Source of the DNA: Lama glama
Lineage: Eukaryota
Direction: 5' to 3'
NCBI GenBank assembly: GCA_028534125.1
Contig: CM052832.1
Coordinates: 17,796,001-17,860,000 of the forward strand
DNA length: 64,000 bases
The notes below the pieces were generated by a model. That model did no database searches. It was not told the origin of the DNA and saw only the letters and a program-made list of their open reading frames with translations. Of the stretch, positions 39,191 through 53,270 are shown one piece after another; within the stretch, counting starts at the first letter, position 1; every line of letters starts with the position of its first letter. Made by a program: the position numbers and the translations under genes.

Positions 39191-39916
39191 CCAACTGAAG
39201 TCTCAGCAATCCTTTCTTTCAAGGTTGAACCTTGTTAGACCTCTTCCAAGAATCTATCCCAGATTATCACATTCCTGAGTAATATTTACTCCCTCTAAAC
39301 TCCTATAGCAGTTAATATTAAACATAGTTTGATGTAATAATATGATAAATAACATTAATTATATTTTATATTTATATATACAACTACATATGCTATAATT
39401 ATTGTTGTTAATATTATAATAATGTATTATTTATGATTTATATAACATATATAGATATATAATTTATGTAGCAGTATAAAATATAACAATAGTGTCATTT
39501 TGCCATTTATTGTTTTATGACATTGCTTATATTATTTTATTTAGTACTGCTCAAACTTCAGTTATTTAAATTCCACTTTTATGATTTTTTTCTTTTTGCT
39601 GTATCAGGGTACAGCCTATACCATTATTTACTTAATCTTTTTCTTTAAATATACTCTGTAGAAAATGAAATCAATGTATTTTAAAAGACAACTGTACATC
39701 ACTATCTTACTGGAAAGTTTCTACCGCTGACCATAAACAGAATATAACTATAAAACATTATTAAAATATACATATTATTTAAGTCCAGTTATATGCCGTT
39801 TGCTGCCTACTACTTTGAGCCTCAGACATGTTCTTTCTTATGAAGTTGAAAAATCGAGGTTGGGGTGTGGGAGACAAAGGTTAACAAGTGTTAGTGAGAA
39901 CTTTAAGATCTGCCAG

Positions 39917-40552
39917 TGATGCAGGAAAATGGATGTGGGGCGTGAGGAGGGCCGTGTCCCAGGTCTCAGTTGAGCCCCTAGGACATGCCCTGCCAGGTGT
40001 GGGTCCTTGGCTTTGCACAGGAAAGAATTCAAGTGCGAGCCACTGTTGAGTAAATGTAGATTTATTTAGAGAGATACATACCACATACAGTGTAAGGCAA
40101 GATAAAGGCAAAGAAAGAGGTGTGGGAATTGGGTGTTCAGGTTAAAGTAAAAGTAGGTACACACTTCATAGACAGAATGTGGGCCATCTCTAAAGGGGAG
40201 GGAGTGAAAAGGCTGCTAGTCATGGTGTTGTCAGTTTTTATGGGCTCAGTAGCTTCACATGCCTACAGGTGAGATCATTTCAACTGCCCTGGGGAAGGGG
40301 CTGGGATCCCCATGAATTGGGCCAGTGCCCATTCTTTGGCCTTTTGCAGTTGTCCTTGGGACTGTCATGGAGCCTGCGGGCATGTTATTTATCACGCTGT
40401 TACAGTGAGCATATAATGTAGCTCAAGGTCTACTAGAAGTCAAACCTCTTAATCCTTAAGGCCTACTAGGAGTTGAAATCTTCCACCATTTTGGTGTTAA
40501 ATTGCTGTCATTCCTTGAGTGGCTGTGCTCTGCCCTCTTCCCTCTTGTCTCA
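39917..40552 (-). mobile_element. Solo LTR, family B
   Basis: TG...CA termini and TSD CCAG (39913-16 / 40553-56). Confidence 0.88.
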
Positions 40553-41050
40553 CCAGCACCAAATTAATGCTTTCCCAGTTACTTAATCAGAAAAATTTAG
40601 AGTAGAAAAGAGAATGATATTTTCATTCTCTGTTTCAACATTTTAAACACCAAAGTCCATATACTGCTTATAATCATTTTCTGTGCCCCCAGTAGTACTT
40701 AGTACCTATCTGTGAAAATGCTGGTTTCATTAATGTACTATTCAATTGAGCTGCTGTAATATGTTTAGCTCAAGAAATATACAAGTATGTGACCCAGGGA
40801 AGTTCACTTTGTGGTGGAACATTTATTAAATTATACTTATTTCTTGTTCTCAAACTATTTAATTATTATTTATTTTGTTGAAAGAAAGAATTTGATGTAA
40901 TGCCTTTTTTATAATAACTTTCCTTTTTGTACCTCATTCAGGTCCCAAGAACATAATTGGAAGCAGTGTATATCATCACATAAAGTCCTTCTTGGAAAAC
41001 TAGCGCTTTATTATTCATCTCCATTTTACAGATAATCAGGAGAATTGCAG

Positions 41051-41500
41051 TGCTGGGCTGTACCCCACAGGCCTGCAAGCCCTGTAATTGCCCAGCCTGG
41101 AGATGGAAGAAAGAGCCGGGAGACAGCGACAGAGACATCAGTGGTTTATTGGACAGGGGATCTTACACGTCTGAAGCAAGGTCCTGGGGTGACACCTCAC
41201 TCTGTACCAACAGCAGGCAGGACATGGCAGCAATTTATTTTCCAGCAATTTATTTCAGGATGGGGAGTGTACCAGTCAGAGGGGGAATTGATGTTAGGTA
41301 GACTCATCAGTTACTAGGAAACCAGAGAGGAGGCCGTTTCTCACTATCCCTTTGGTTAACAACCATTAAGGGGGCCATATTTCTCTTTAATAGCCCGGCA
41401 TGGTGAAGCCATTCTGGTCCAAGAATCAGCAAGTACCCACTGGAGCAGGGGACAAGCGCTTAGGCAGGTGCTGATCAGTTCTGATTAAGAGGAAGGGTCA
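41051..41500 (-). mobile_element. Probable LTR fragment (possibly ERV2-like); boundaries approximate
   Basis: GC-rich block starting TGCTGGGCTGTACCCCACA with a minus-strand AATAAA (tttatt near 41145), the layout expected of a U5/R end. Confidence 0.5.
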
Positions 41501-42409
41501 AAACGAATTTAAGAGCAAAACCCAAATTTATATACTAAAACCTGAAAACGTTGCTGAAAGAAATAGAAGTTTAAAATAAATGGTGAGATATTGCATTATG
41601 CTGTTTTAAAATACTGAATTGGTATTCTCCCCAAATTCATCTGTTTTGACACAATGCCTATAAAAATTCCAGCATTTTCTCTTCTGTAAAATTGATAAGC
41701 AAATACTAAACTTTACCTGGAAATGCAAATAACCTAAAATATTAATAAAATATATTTGAAATATAAAAAAAAGTAAAAAGAGGAAGAGCCAGACCCGTGA
41801 ATAGGGTGAGGTGAAGGAGGGACTGGTCCAGCAGCGGATGTGCAGAGAGCAAGAGGACAGCCATCATGCATGGCCTGATTGTACACAGGCTCTTTGAAGT
41901 AGTAGCCCAGGTACCCAGCTAGCAAGTACAGGGCACAGTGTCCAAAGACTTTCCAGGGCATGTGCTCCTTCCACCTGTTTAAGCCGCTTTAGGGTAGGTT
42001 CTTAATTAATTCTAAATATCAGAATGACCTGGTTTGGTGCTTCATCCAATTTTTCTATTTTCAGCATTTTATTCTCATTCATATATTTCTCTTGCTTATC
42101 TCCTTGTATGTCTGGAAGTTCTTGGTTTCATTTGCTCTAGTATTTTGGGGATTACCAAATGTCAGGGTGTCCGTCATGGCTCTACACTTAAGGATCTGCC
42201 CTCAAGGAGTAAACTGTATGGCTTTTGGCATCTAAAGAAAAATATCACATTAGTTATTGGCTGCCATTTCTTAAGTGTGTACTATCTTTGGATATTGTGC
42301 ATTATCCAATTTATTTTTCCAATCCCATGAGGTATGTGCTAGTGGTATCTCTGTCCACAGGTAAAGTGCCAGAAGATTGGGACTATAACGTTATATTAAT
42401 GTATTGGCT

Positions 42410-42780
42410 GCTTTATTAGTTTACTACAGTTGCCATAACACGGTTTCTCAGTCTGAATGGCTTAAACAACAGAAAACTGTTTTCTCAGTTTTGGAGGCTG
42501 GAAGTCTGAGATCAAGGCTCCCCAGCAAAGTTGTTTCCTTCTGAGGGAGGGCTGTGAGGGAATGACGGGTTCTAGGCCTCTCTCTTTAGCTTACAGATGG
42601 CCATCGTTCCCACAAACGTGTGTTCCTTCTGTACTTGTTTGTGTCCAAATTTCCTTTTCTTTAAGGGACACTAGTCATATTGGAGTAAGGCCTACCCACT
42701 CCCCAATGATCTCATTTTAATTTAATTACATGTTTAAAGACTCTATCCCTAAATATGGTTACTTTCTGAAGGTTGTGGGA
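42410..42780 (-). mobile_element. MLT1 (MaLR) LTR
   Basis: GGCTTAAACAACAGAAA...TTGGAGGCTGGAAGTCTGAGATCAAGG...CTCATTTTAATTTAATTACA. Confidence 0.8.
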
Positions 42781-42963
42781 GGAATAAAAATTCTCCCCAT
42801 AATAGCTGTCTTCCTTTAAGTAGAACAGCCCATAGAAATCAGAGGTGTATGCTTCCCTTCCTGGGACTAGGCCTAGTTTTGGTTCTTTGATAATAAGGAA
42901 TGAGGACAAAAGAAACTAAGAAGATGGGTTAATGTTTAAACTTCTATTTTAAAAATGATTATA

Positions 42964-43080
42964 GGGGAGGGTATAGCTCAAGTGGTACAGTGCATGCTTA
43001 GTATGCGGAAGGTCCTGGATTCAATACCCAGTACTTCTTCTAAAAATAAATCTAATTACTCCCCCCCCCAATAAAATTAT
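42964..43080 (+). mobile_element. tRNA-derived SINE (Vic-1-like)
   Basis: GGGGAGGGTATAGCTCAAGTGGTACAG...GGATTCAATACCCAGTAC, with the same AAATAAA/CTAATT/C-run tail as the 13.7 kb copy. Confidence 0.82.
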
Positions 43081-43228
43081 TAAATAATACAATAATACAT
43101 AAAATATTTTTAAAAAATTACATAGTAGCTACTGCAAATCCAGGTCTCATCCATAGTCATGCCTTTTAGCCTTTCACTTGGGCAGACCTGGATTGCTGAC
43201 CCTCTGGGAAGGGGAGAGTGAGCAGAGA

Positions 43229-43273
43229 GGTTATTACTATGTAGGTTATTACTGTGTAGGTTATTACTATGGA
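43229..43273. repeat. 15-bp tandem repeat, three copies
   Basis: GGTTATTACTATGTA GGTTATTACTGTGTA GGTTATTACTATGGA. Confidence 0.9.
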
Positions 43274-43443
43274 TTTTTGCCTCATTAGAAATTAAAACTG
43301 GAAAAAACATTCATTGTGGTTAATCATTTTAAAATTACAATAAACTCATTCTAATGTACTTGTTTTATGCAGATGGCTACACTTTTCAAAATAAAAAAAT
43401 TAGTGAGCAGAGTGGCATTGTTTTACAGCTTGCAAATATCTTT

Positions 43444-43603
43444 TTTTTAATTGAAGTATAGTCAGTTTACAGTGTGTCATTTTCTGGTGTACAGCATAAT
43501 GTTTCAGTCATACATAGACATACATATATTCATTTTCATTATAGGTTACTACAAGATATTGAATATAGTTCCCTGTGCTATACAGAAGAAACTTGTTTTA
43601 AGT
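43444..43603 (-). mobile_element. Lineage-type L1 3' end inserted in a hAT element
   Basis: T-run then AATTGAAGTATAGTCAGTTTACA...ATATTGAATATAGTTCCCTGTGCTATACAG; TSD TTGCAAATATCTTT (43430-43 / 43604-17). Confidence 0.85.
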
Positions 43604-46600
43604 TTGCAAATATCTTTAAAGTCTGACTTAATAGAAGTCAGCCAGATTCTCGTACTTGTTTTTGCATTCAATTTGTTGCAATCTAACTGTCAAGTGGACA
43701 TTGAGAATGGAAAAGGAAAATAAGTTTCAGGATAATTATAAAAACAATTTTGTACTCACAGATCCACAAAAAGGATCTCTGGGACCCCCTAGGGGTCCCC
43801 AGACCACATTTAGAGAATGACCATCTTTGGGACAAAAAGAAAGCTAACATTTCATTTATTTATTTAGTAACCATATTGTTGGTGGTACTATTGAGGATGG
43901 CTGTGGCAGAAACTGCTATGCAGGATAGTTTGAGAATGCCCTGGGAATGAGAGTTTGGACTGATTCCCAACCACGGCGGTCATTAAAATGAAAGTTGTTG
44001 TCCTGAAATGAAATTTTAGTTCACAAAGCATCAATGACTTTCTCAGGGAGCTCTTATTTTGAGACTGGATTCTATAGCATTGCAGGAGGTGGCCCTTTCC
44101 TGCATGCAAGCAAAACACACCCTTGAGATTTGCAAGGATGAGCACTTTCTGGAAAACAAGATGCTCATTTCAGGATGTAGGGCACAAAGACTTGGGAAAA
44201 GATGAGTAGACAGATATCAAATTTCACCACGTGAAATTCTTATTCAGCTCATCATAGTGTTTCTTCCAATTGATGATTCTCAGAGTCGTGGCTTTTTAGA
44301 CGCTGAATTTATTCCAGTGGACAACTACAGCTGTTCTGTTTGCTTAGTTTTGATTCGCCAATTACACTACTTACACAGTGGGGATTCTTTCAAGCTTTCT
44401 TGCCTCTCTCACCCTAAGTCTTGCCATTGTTACACCAACATCGGAGATCATCCTTGCTTTCAGTCAGCATGATGTCCTAGACGCATCAGGATATCCCTTG
44501 TCTCAAAACCTGCAATCAGGTCCTCTTCAAGGACTTTAGTTTCCTGAATAGAGGTGGGAACCTCCACGCCAGGGTTTATGTTAGATTATTCTGGGAGAGC
44601 ACTGAAACACCTGGCTGATTCAGGGGACTTTGAGAACACGTTAATGACAAGCTAAAAACAGTTTTTCAAGGCTAAGCCCATGATACTTTTTTTTTTCTGA
44701 AAGTCTCTTATCTTATCCCAGAATAAAAAATATTTTTAAATCAAACTCACTTTTCTTCTTGAGCTGATAGCTTCACTCTTATGCCATGTAAAACCACCTT
44801 ACCAAGGTTAATTTACCAGATTTGGGGGGTGATTTACCAGATTTGGGGGTGCCTATCTAAACAATGTGTTTTAAAAATAGTATTATTAAAATGTTTATAA
44901 AGCATACTACAACGGACTCTTATCCAGGCATACAATTTAAAAATATCCACAACACATTAGTAATTTTAATATTTCATTTTGAGCTTTTGGAAGAATTACT
45001 ATAGTCCACAGCTAATAAACATAAGGATGCTCTTACTATGTTGCCTTTTTGCAAGGTATAATTCCAAGTGATTCTCCTAATCATTATCATCTATACCAGT
45101 TATTTTAAAAGAAGATGAAATTTTAATTTTTCCAATGCTCATTTCAAGAGAATGACAAAAACTACAGAAGCATAGACTGTCCAGTTTCTGATTATTCTAT
45201 TAATTCCATTAAATATAATAAAAAGCATAATAGAAATGAGTATAATAGCTGTATATGTATGTATGCATGTATAAAGTGTTTTCTGACTAATGGAATATGA
45301 ACCTAGAATCTCAAAGGATTAGATTTATTTATATTCTCCATCTCACTGCTGTTCTGTACCATGAGCATAAAATAATCAGAAAATAGACGATCAATGCCTT
45401 TGTATTTTTTGTCATCCTCCTGCAGTAAGTGTTGGGAAAAATTAAAATATATTTTAGTGTATTGTGTATAAAGCATATTTTATATGCTTATAATATATAT
45501 ATGCCCATACATGCACACACTCATAGCGCAGTTATTTTAACTACAGGCACCACTGAATTTCAATTTCTTAAGACTTTTTGTCAAATACGGTTATTTATAT
45601 TTGGCCAAATACATTAACACATACAGAATACCTTAGTTTTCCACTAGTTTATTTTAAAGATGTTAGTTACAAATATTGGGGGGAAAAGTGAATTAAGATA
45701 AAACTACAATCAAATTAAGAATTATTTTTAAAAGTCCAGTGTTACATTTATACAGTGTCACCTTCCAATTGGAGTGGAATATTTTTATACAGTTCCATAT
45801 TTTCAAAATATTCTTTCACAAGAACAAACTAGTAAATGACACTGATATATCTGGGTTACATTTTAAATATAGCTTCAAGTTCTCACCACACATATATATT
45901 CTAGTTTTTGGTGTAAATTTATGTTTTTTTTCCCTTGAACAAGTGCAAAGACATTAGAATTTATTATTGAATGTTTTGTATTATGCAAAATCTGAACATT
46001 TGAATGAATGGGCCATGCCTATACTCTCAATATTATATTCTGTATTATTTTTGGAAATAAAGTAGACGGGATATAATACCTTTTTTTAAGAATTAAAACA
46101 TACCCAGAAAACCCTTAACTTATTCATGGATATTTTCCTTCCTTATAAGTGCATGAGAAAATCTTCCGGAAATATTTTGTCTCTATTTTATTATAACATA
46201 CATTAAAATCATACCTTTTAATATCATGTCCAATTTAAAAATTCAGATATTTGACATTTTAAATCACCTAAAAAAAATAAAGTTTCAAAAAAGATGTGTA
46301 TCATACCCATTCAACCTTGAATGTGAGGCCTTAAACAAATATTCAAAGTAGTTTTTCCCTTCCCCCTTTCAAGACTTGAGCCTTGAGACTTTTCATGGCT
46401 AGTCACTCATTTCTGTCTTAGCATATTGCAAATTAAACTTATTAGGTCACCTGTATATTTTCACATGGAATTGGAACAAATAGGAAATTTTGCAGCAAGT
46501 GGCCAATTGGTAGAATAGCATACTTTTGGGGGAAACGTTTCCACACTTATTGGCCTGCAAAGAACAAGAATTTTAAATGCCATTTGTAAAGGTTTAAAAT

Positions 46601-47467
46601 GAAGAGATGGATTTTGACTTCCTGAATTGAGAATAGGGGAACAGCCTTTCTTCTCTACTTAATAATTTTCTTTTAAAACTCATTCCAATTAATAGAGAAA
46701 TAGTTAAGTCCAAGTGACACAAATAGAGAAGGAAAACATGGAGCAGATTCTGACACGAAAGGCAGGGAGTAGGACCTAATCCCTCCAGTACAGAGTAATT
46801 TCACTCAGAAATTAGGGAGTGGAGAAACTGGCAGAGATCTTCCCACAAATCCGCACTGCCCCAAATTCTCCCAATTAGGACAGACTCACAAAGGGAAACC
46901 GTTGGTTAATTTCAAACTACGCGCGCAGCTTCTGGATTGGCTACCGATACAACGTGGCAACTGGTCGATGCGTGCAATGATTTGAATTGGAGTCTCGCTT
47001 CCATTTCTTACTTCTGCCTTTTCTAACTTAATATTTGGGAAATCCAAACTCAGGGAAAGGGGAGGAAAGTCAGCACAGCTCCCGAAAGGAAACAAAACGA
47101 GTTATGGCTTTCTTATTGCGTGCCAAACATTACATGAGTCAGGTATCTACACGTTAAAGTTAAGGAAGGAGCGTTCAGGTCGTTGTAAAGAAACTTTTTG
47201 CCAAATTGAAATTTTTAAACGGGAGCCAACTTTGCTTTTGGACAAAGGATATTTTGTCTTCTTTACTACGCTTATCTGATAATGAATCTTATCCTTCTGG
47301 ACATAAAGACATAAAAATGTCTCGCGCATGCTGCAGCACCACGTACACTGTAGTGGAAGTAATTTTTAACAAGATCAAAATAAGGAAACGCGGAACTTGT
47401 TTCTTTGCAGCAAACAAGAACCACTTGCTGCAGGAAGTGAGTGTCAGTTCTCTTTAGAATACTGAGT

Positions 47468-47483
47468 GGCTCTGAAAAGAGCC
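47468..47483 (-). terminator. Histone 3' stem-loop
   Basis: Minus strand GGCTCTTTTCAGAGCC, then ACTCA, then HDE-like AAAGAGAACTG. Confidence 0.95.
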
Positions 47484-47530
47484 TTTGGGGTGTGGGCCAA
47501 GCCTTACCGATCGCTCCGCTGCGGGCTGAC

Positions 47531-48634
<1,104 letters not shown>

Positions 48635-48679
48635 GAAATCTGGTATCCTTTGCAACTAAGATCTGTCCAAAAACCAAAA

Positions 48680-48695
48680 GGCTCTTTTCAGAGCC
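48680..48695 (+). terminator. Histone 3' stem-loop
   Basis: AAAA-GGCTCTTTTCAGAGCC-ACCCA, then HDE AAAGAGGAGCTG at about 48709-48720. Confidence 0.97.
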
Positions 48696-49420
48696 ACCCA
48701 CTGTATCAAAAGAGGAGCTGTGCTTTCGAAACCACATTGTGTGGAATGCTAAGATGTTAAATAATATCGTTTTGGACATTTTCATATTTCTAGGTCATTC
48801 TGCCGAGACTCCTTTGATGTTCCCATAGTTATGGTTAAACCCACGAGGGCGAAAACTATATCCCTGTGATTGCTCTATCGGGATCGAGTGTCATCTAAAG
48901 CAAGAAGTTAACACATTGTCACTTTATAGGCTACCTTCTCTAATTCAATTGATTCTTATCGAGCACCACTCACCTTCCTAAATGTGATTTGAAGAGCCAT
49001 GAAAACGGGTTAATTCCCAGTCTCAAATAGCTTCAGGCAGAGAATGCATTTCATAATAGACTGTTTACAGACATGGTAGGAGAGGTTTATCCCTTAACAA
49101 GAAAAGAAAACACTTAATCACACCTGTACAATATCAGGTTCCATTGTCAATGATTTTAGCTCCCTACTTCCCCACCACCATGACTGAACATCCTTCTCTC
49201 AAATCAAGTCACCCTAGCTAGAGAGGGCCTTCAATTCCCAGCCACATCAGCTAATGTCTAGTTTTCCTTATGAATATGTTATAATGAAAATGAATTTGTA
49301 TGGCACTCCTAGTCCATTGAAATAAGTTTTTTGAGTCTCCTGAAATACTTGTTTTTCCTATATTTAAATCTCAACTGCAATCACATGTATAAATAATGTT
49401 CCTTGGAATATAAGTGACCA

Positions 49421-49777
49421 TAATAGAAAAGGAAAAATACCGTATGATAACACTTGTATGTGGAATCTTACAAAAAGGAAAAAGAGGACACTGATGAACT
49501 GATCTAACATAACAGAAAGACTCACAGTCATAGTAAACAATCTTGTTTACGGGGGGAAATGGGGTGGGAAGGGATAAATTTGGGAGTTTTGAGATTTGTA
49601 AATGTTAGCCACTATATTAAAAAATAGATTTTAAAAAAACCCAGAAAATTTCTTCTGTATAGCACAGGGAACTATATTCAATATCTCGTAGTAACCTTTA
49701 ATGAAAAAAATGACTGGAACATTGTGCTGTACACCAGATATGGAGACATTGTAAATGACTATACTTCAATTTGGAAA
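49421..49777 (+). mobile_element. Lineage-type L1 3' end, 5'-truncated
   Basis: Same L1 3' UTR as the 43.5 kb copy (CTGTATAGCACAGGGAACTATATTCAATA...GACTATACTTCAATT); TSD AAGTGACCA (49412-20 / 49778-86). Confidence 0.85.
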
Positions 49778-50645
49778 AAGTGACCACAGCAATCATAAAC
49801 ATGAGGCAAATGTCACCTCCCCCCCCTTTTCTTTTTAACTTGAGATTATTTGATGTTGGAAGACCCAAATCCTCACTTCAATGAAGCTAATTATTCATTT
49901 TATTAGTCTTAAAAACTCATCTGCATTATTTGAATTTGTAAATTGTAACCAACTATATCTCAGAACTAGAACTCTGAAGCAGAGTAAATGATACAGCTCC
50001 AAGGAAGGCCTATGAGTTCTTCCAATGTTTTGAAATAAAATATGCTGTTGTTATTGTTAATGATGTTGATGATGTGATTACTAACACTTGCTTCTTTGCA
50101 TTATTTCTATTCCCCACAAGAATCATCACACTGTTAAAATCATACCTTTATAATTATTAGTGTGGTTTTGATGAAGTCAATGAATCTATAATGAAATCGT
50201 TGATAAATGAATATAAATTTTTGTTTAAAATATTTAAGTGTGGTTTGTCATTGTTTATAATTCCACATATTGAAGTTTTTAAATTAATTGGCTATTCATA
50301 AAATTTCATTGTGTAAAGCACTTACTATTCTTCTTTACTATCTACATATTCAGAAAAAAAACTTGAATTTATAAATGGAGATAACAAAACTTTCCAAAAA
50401 CCTTGCCACAGTAATTTAGATATTTATAAGTTCAATTAGATCCTGAAGAGCTCTTTAGAACTCCAAAATTCATACTGTAAATTAGTTTTCATATGAGGCA
50501 AAATTCAATTTTAGTGGCAGAAGATTTATGAAAGTATTGTTTAAATTTTATTTCTGGAATTGGCCTTCCCATTAATTTTCCTCTGCATACCTTGAATTAT
50601 TATGAAAGCACCAAACAGTATCTTCCCATATAAGATTTGCTGTTT

Positions 50646-51122
50646 TGTTAGGGAAAAAGGATTTTCTTCTACCCTTCTAAGGTCCTTTTGCCTGGTCTAA
50701 AAATCAAATCAACAAGACATAAACAGGAGGAACTCAAAATTAATTTCCTACATACAGGAACCCCACATACATGAGAAGTTCAGAGACAGAAAGGTAAAAT
50801 GAGGTTTATATGCCATCCTGAGATAAGAAATGTGATAGGGGCCTAGGACTTCCAAGGACAAGAGGATAATTCACAGGACAATAGGAAGAAAAGTAGATGT
50901 TGGGCAATTAGTTTGCCCTGCCATACAGGTGGGTCAATCAGATAAAATTTTTCTCTGATAATAATTCTCATTCTGGGAAAGATTCCCATTTTAAATTCTT
51001 CTGGGTAGTTAAGGGAGGGGCATAAGTTTCTCTTGAGACCTTAGAATGTCACTTGTCTTTAGCTCAAAATAATTCACATGCAAAAGTGGCACATTTTGGG
51101 GAGCTCATTCTGAATCCCTTCA
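50646..51122. mobile_element. Probable ERV1-type solo LTR
   Basis: TGTTAGGG...CCCTTCA termini; related in composition to the block at about 51820-52293. Family not identified. Confidence 0.5.
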
Positions 51123-52827
51123 GTATCTTAGCTTTAGTTTTCAAGGTTCCTTAGAATGCAGACTGAGTTTTATTCTTATTTGCACCTCCCTAGACCCTAG
51201 TTCAATGACAAGCCCATAAAATATCATCACTAAATTGTTTTCATTTTATAATAAAAATTCTTAATAAAGTAAGCGATAGAAATAAAAGCAGAAAAGAAGT
51301 TGAAAGTTAAACAAGGATGAGATCGTGTGGGGGAAAATGTAGGGATTGTTAAATGAATAACTTCAAAGTAGTTAAACTGGAGAAGAAAGCCTGACGATCA
51401 GAAAGGGTCCAAGTTGCAAAGACCAGTTGGAAAGATTTACACTGACTTTTCACTTCATGCTATTAATTTATCTGGGAAAGGGTTGATCTGAATGATCTTA
51501 ATAATTTGGTGTACCTCCAACTTCCTCTTCGAGTCTATCAGTAGTCTCACATTTAAATAAATATTACTGATGTTAATGAACATCAGTGGTGGAATAGTGA
51601 AACAGCTTGAGTGAATTTGGAAGAAGGCAGGGATTCTGGACAAGGGGCAAACACTAAGGACAAAGAATTTGGGAGCCCACAGCAACACATATTACTGAGG
51701 CTTCCAAAAAATGCCTTTCCCCTAAGATTGTTTTTTGTGGTTTTGTAAACTCCTCTTCCAGAATTTTATCTATTCTTACTATTTTAATTGTTTATATGAA
51801 AATATTAATTTCATTTGTTCTGTGGCTGAGACCCCTCCATAATTAAAAAAAAATTTAACAAAAGAAAAATAGAAGTTTAATACTGTGTACCTCTTATGTG
51901 TATCTGGGATACCCTGAGAACTGAGTAAAACTCCCAGAAATGGCCTGAACCACCACTTTAAACACCATCTTCAGCTAAAGACAATAGATGTTGTGGTGGG
52001 GAGGTCATCTGTTGTAGGACTTGACCTGGAAAAGCACAGTAAACAAAGTAAGGCAGATTTAACTCCTGCATCTTCTCCATTGATAAGTTTCTTGTAAGTT
52101 ATCTTTCTCTTCCTGGCACATGGAGATATGCTTACAACTGGAGATTTCTCATATAAGTGTAAGCGTTCCATAAAAAGGGGTAAATGCTACCATTTTTAAA
52201 GATTCTCCTTGTTTGCTTTTTCTCAAAAATAATCACCTCAAAATAGTCCTTTTGCTAAAGAGGGATATTTGGGGGTGGCATATTCTGCTCTTCATTAGAA
52301 ATGTCAGTATAGTATCATACAACCAAGGATAGTTAAGAACTATATTTACATTAAATAGAAAAATAATCTATTTATAAAACCAAAAAATGGCTGCTAGGGA
52401 GTTGATTAAAATTGTATTAAGAAAATTCGTAAGAATAACAAGCAGACATTAAAATATTTTTCTGTTTAATAAGGGAAATTGATTAAAATGTAATCAGGGC
52501 AAAGAGGTCCCAAAATGCATACAATTTCTTTAAAAGGATATGTGCTTTTATCTGTTCACCAAAACAGCAAATTAGCTAGCACTGGTGATTTCTGTGTGGT
52601 AGGAGAACTAGTTATTTTATTGCTCGCCCTGTTCTGTATTTTCCACAACATTAATGTTTTGCGTTCGCATTCAAAAGCAATTGTTAAAGCGTTAAAACAT
52701 AGTAGATAACAAAATAGTTACTATGGTACAAAACTCAGTACAAACGAACCGAGAAGGCCTCTTTTTTTTTTTCCCCCTTCGTCAGATTCCCCTCCCCCCA
52801 ACAAGACTTCCCGCCGACTTTCTTCAC

Positions 52828-52860
52828 GTTCTCAATTCGGTCCGCCAACGGATGTATAAA
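52828..52860 (+). promoter_or_regulatory. H4 subtype-specific element (Site II / HINFP site) plus TATA box
   Basis: GTTCTCAATTCGGTCCG (52828-44) resembles the H4 Site II consensus; TATAAA at 52855-60. Confidence 0.8.
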
Positions 52861-52895
52861 GGCCTGCATCAGGGTAGGTTACAGACAAACCGTAA

Positions 52896-53228
<333 letters not shown>

Positions 53229-53254
53229 GTATCTGCGCTCTTTTTTCCACAAAA

Positions 53255-53270
53255 GGCCCTTTTCAGGGCC
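53255..53270 (+). terminator. Histone 3' stem-loop
   Basis: AAAA-GGCCCTTTTCAGGGCC-CCCTA, then HDE-like TGAGGAGCTG at about 53287-53296. Confidence 0.93.

Larger units (their letters stand above)
43200..43820. mobile_element. hAT-Charlie DNA transposon fragment (Charlie1-like), split by the L1 insertion
   Basis: AAATTAGTGAGCAGAGTGGCATTGTTTTACA...GACTTAATAGAAGTCAGCCAGATTCTC resembles the recalled Charlie1 consensus. Confidence 0.6.
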
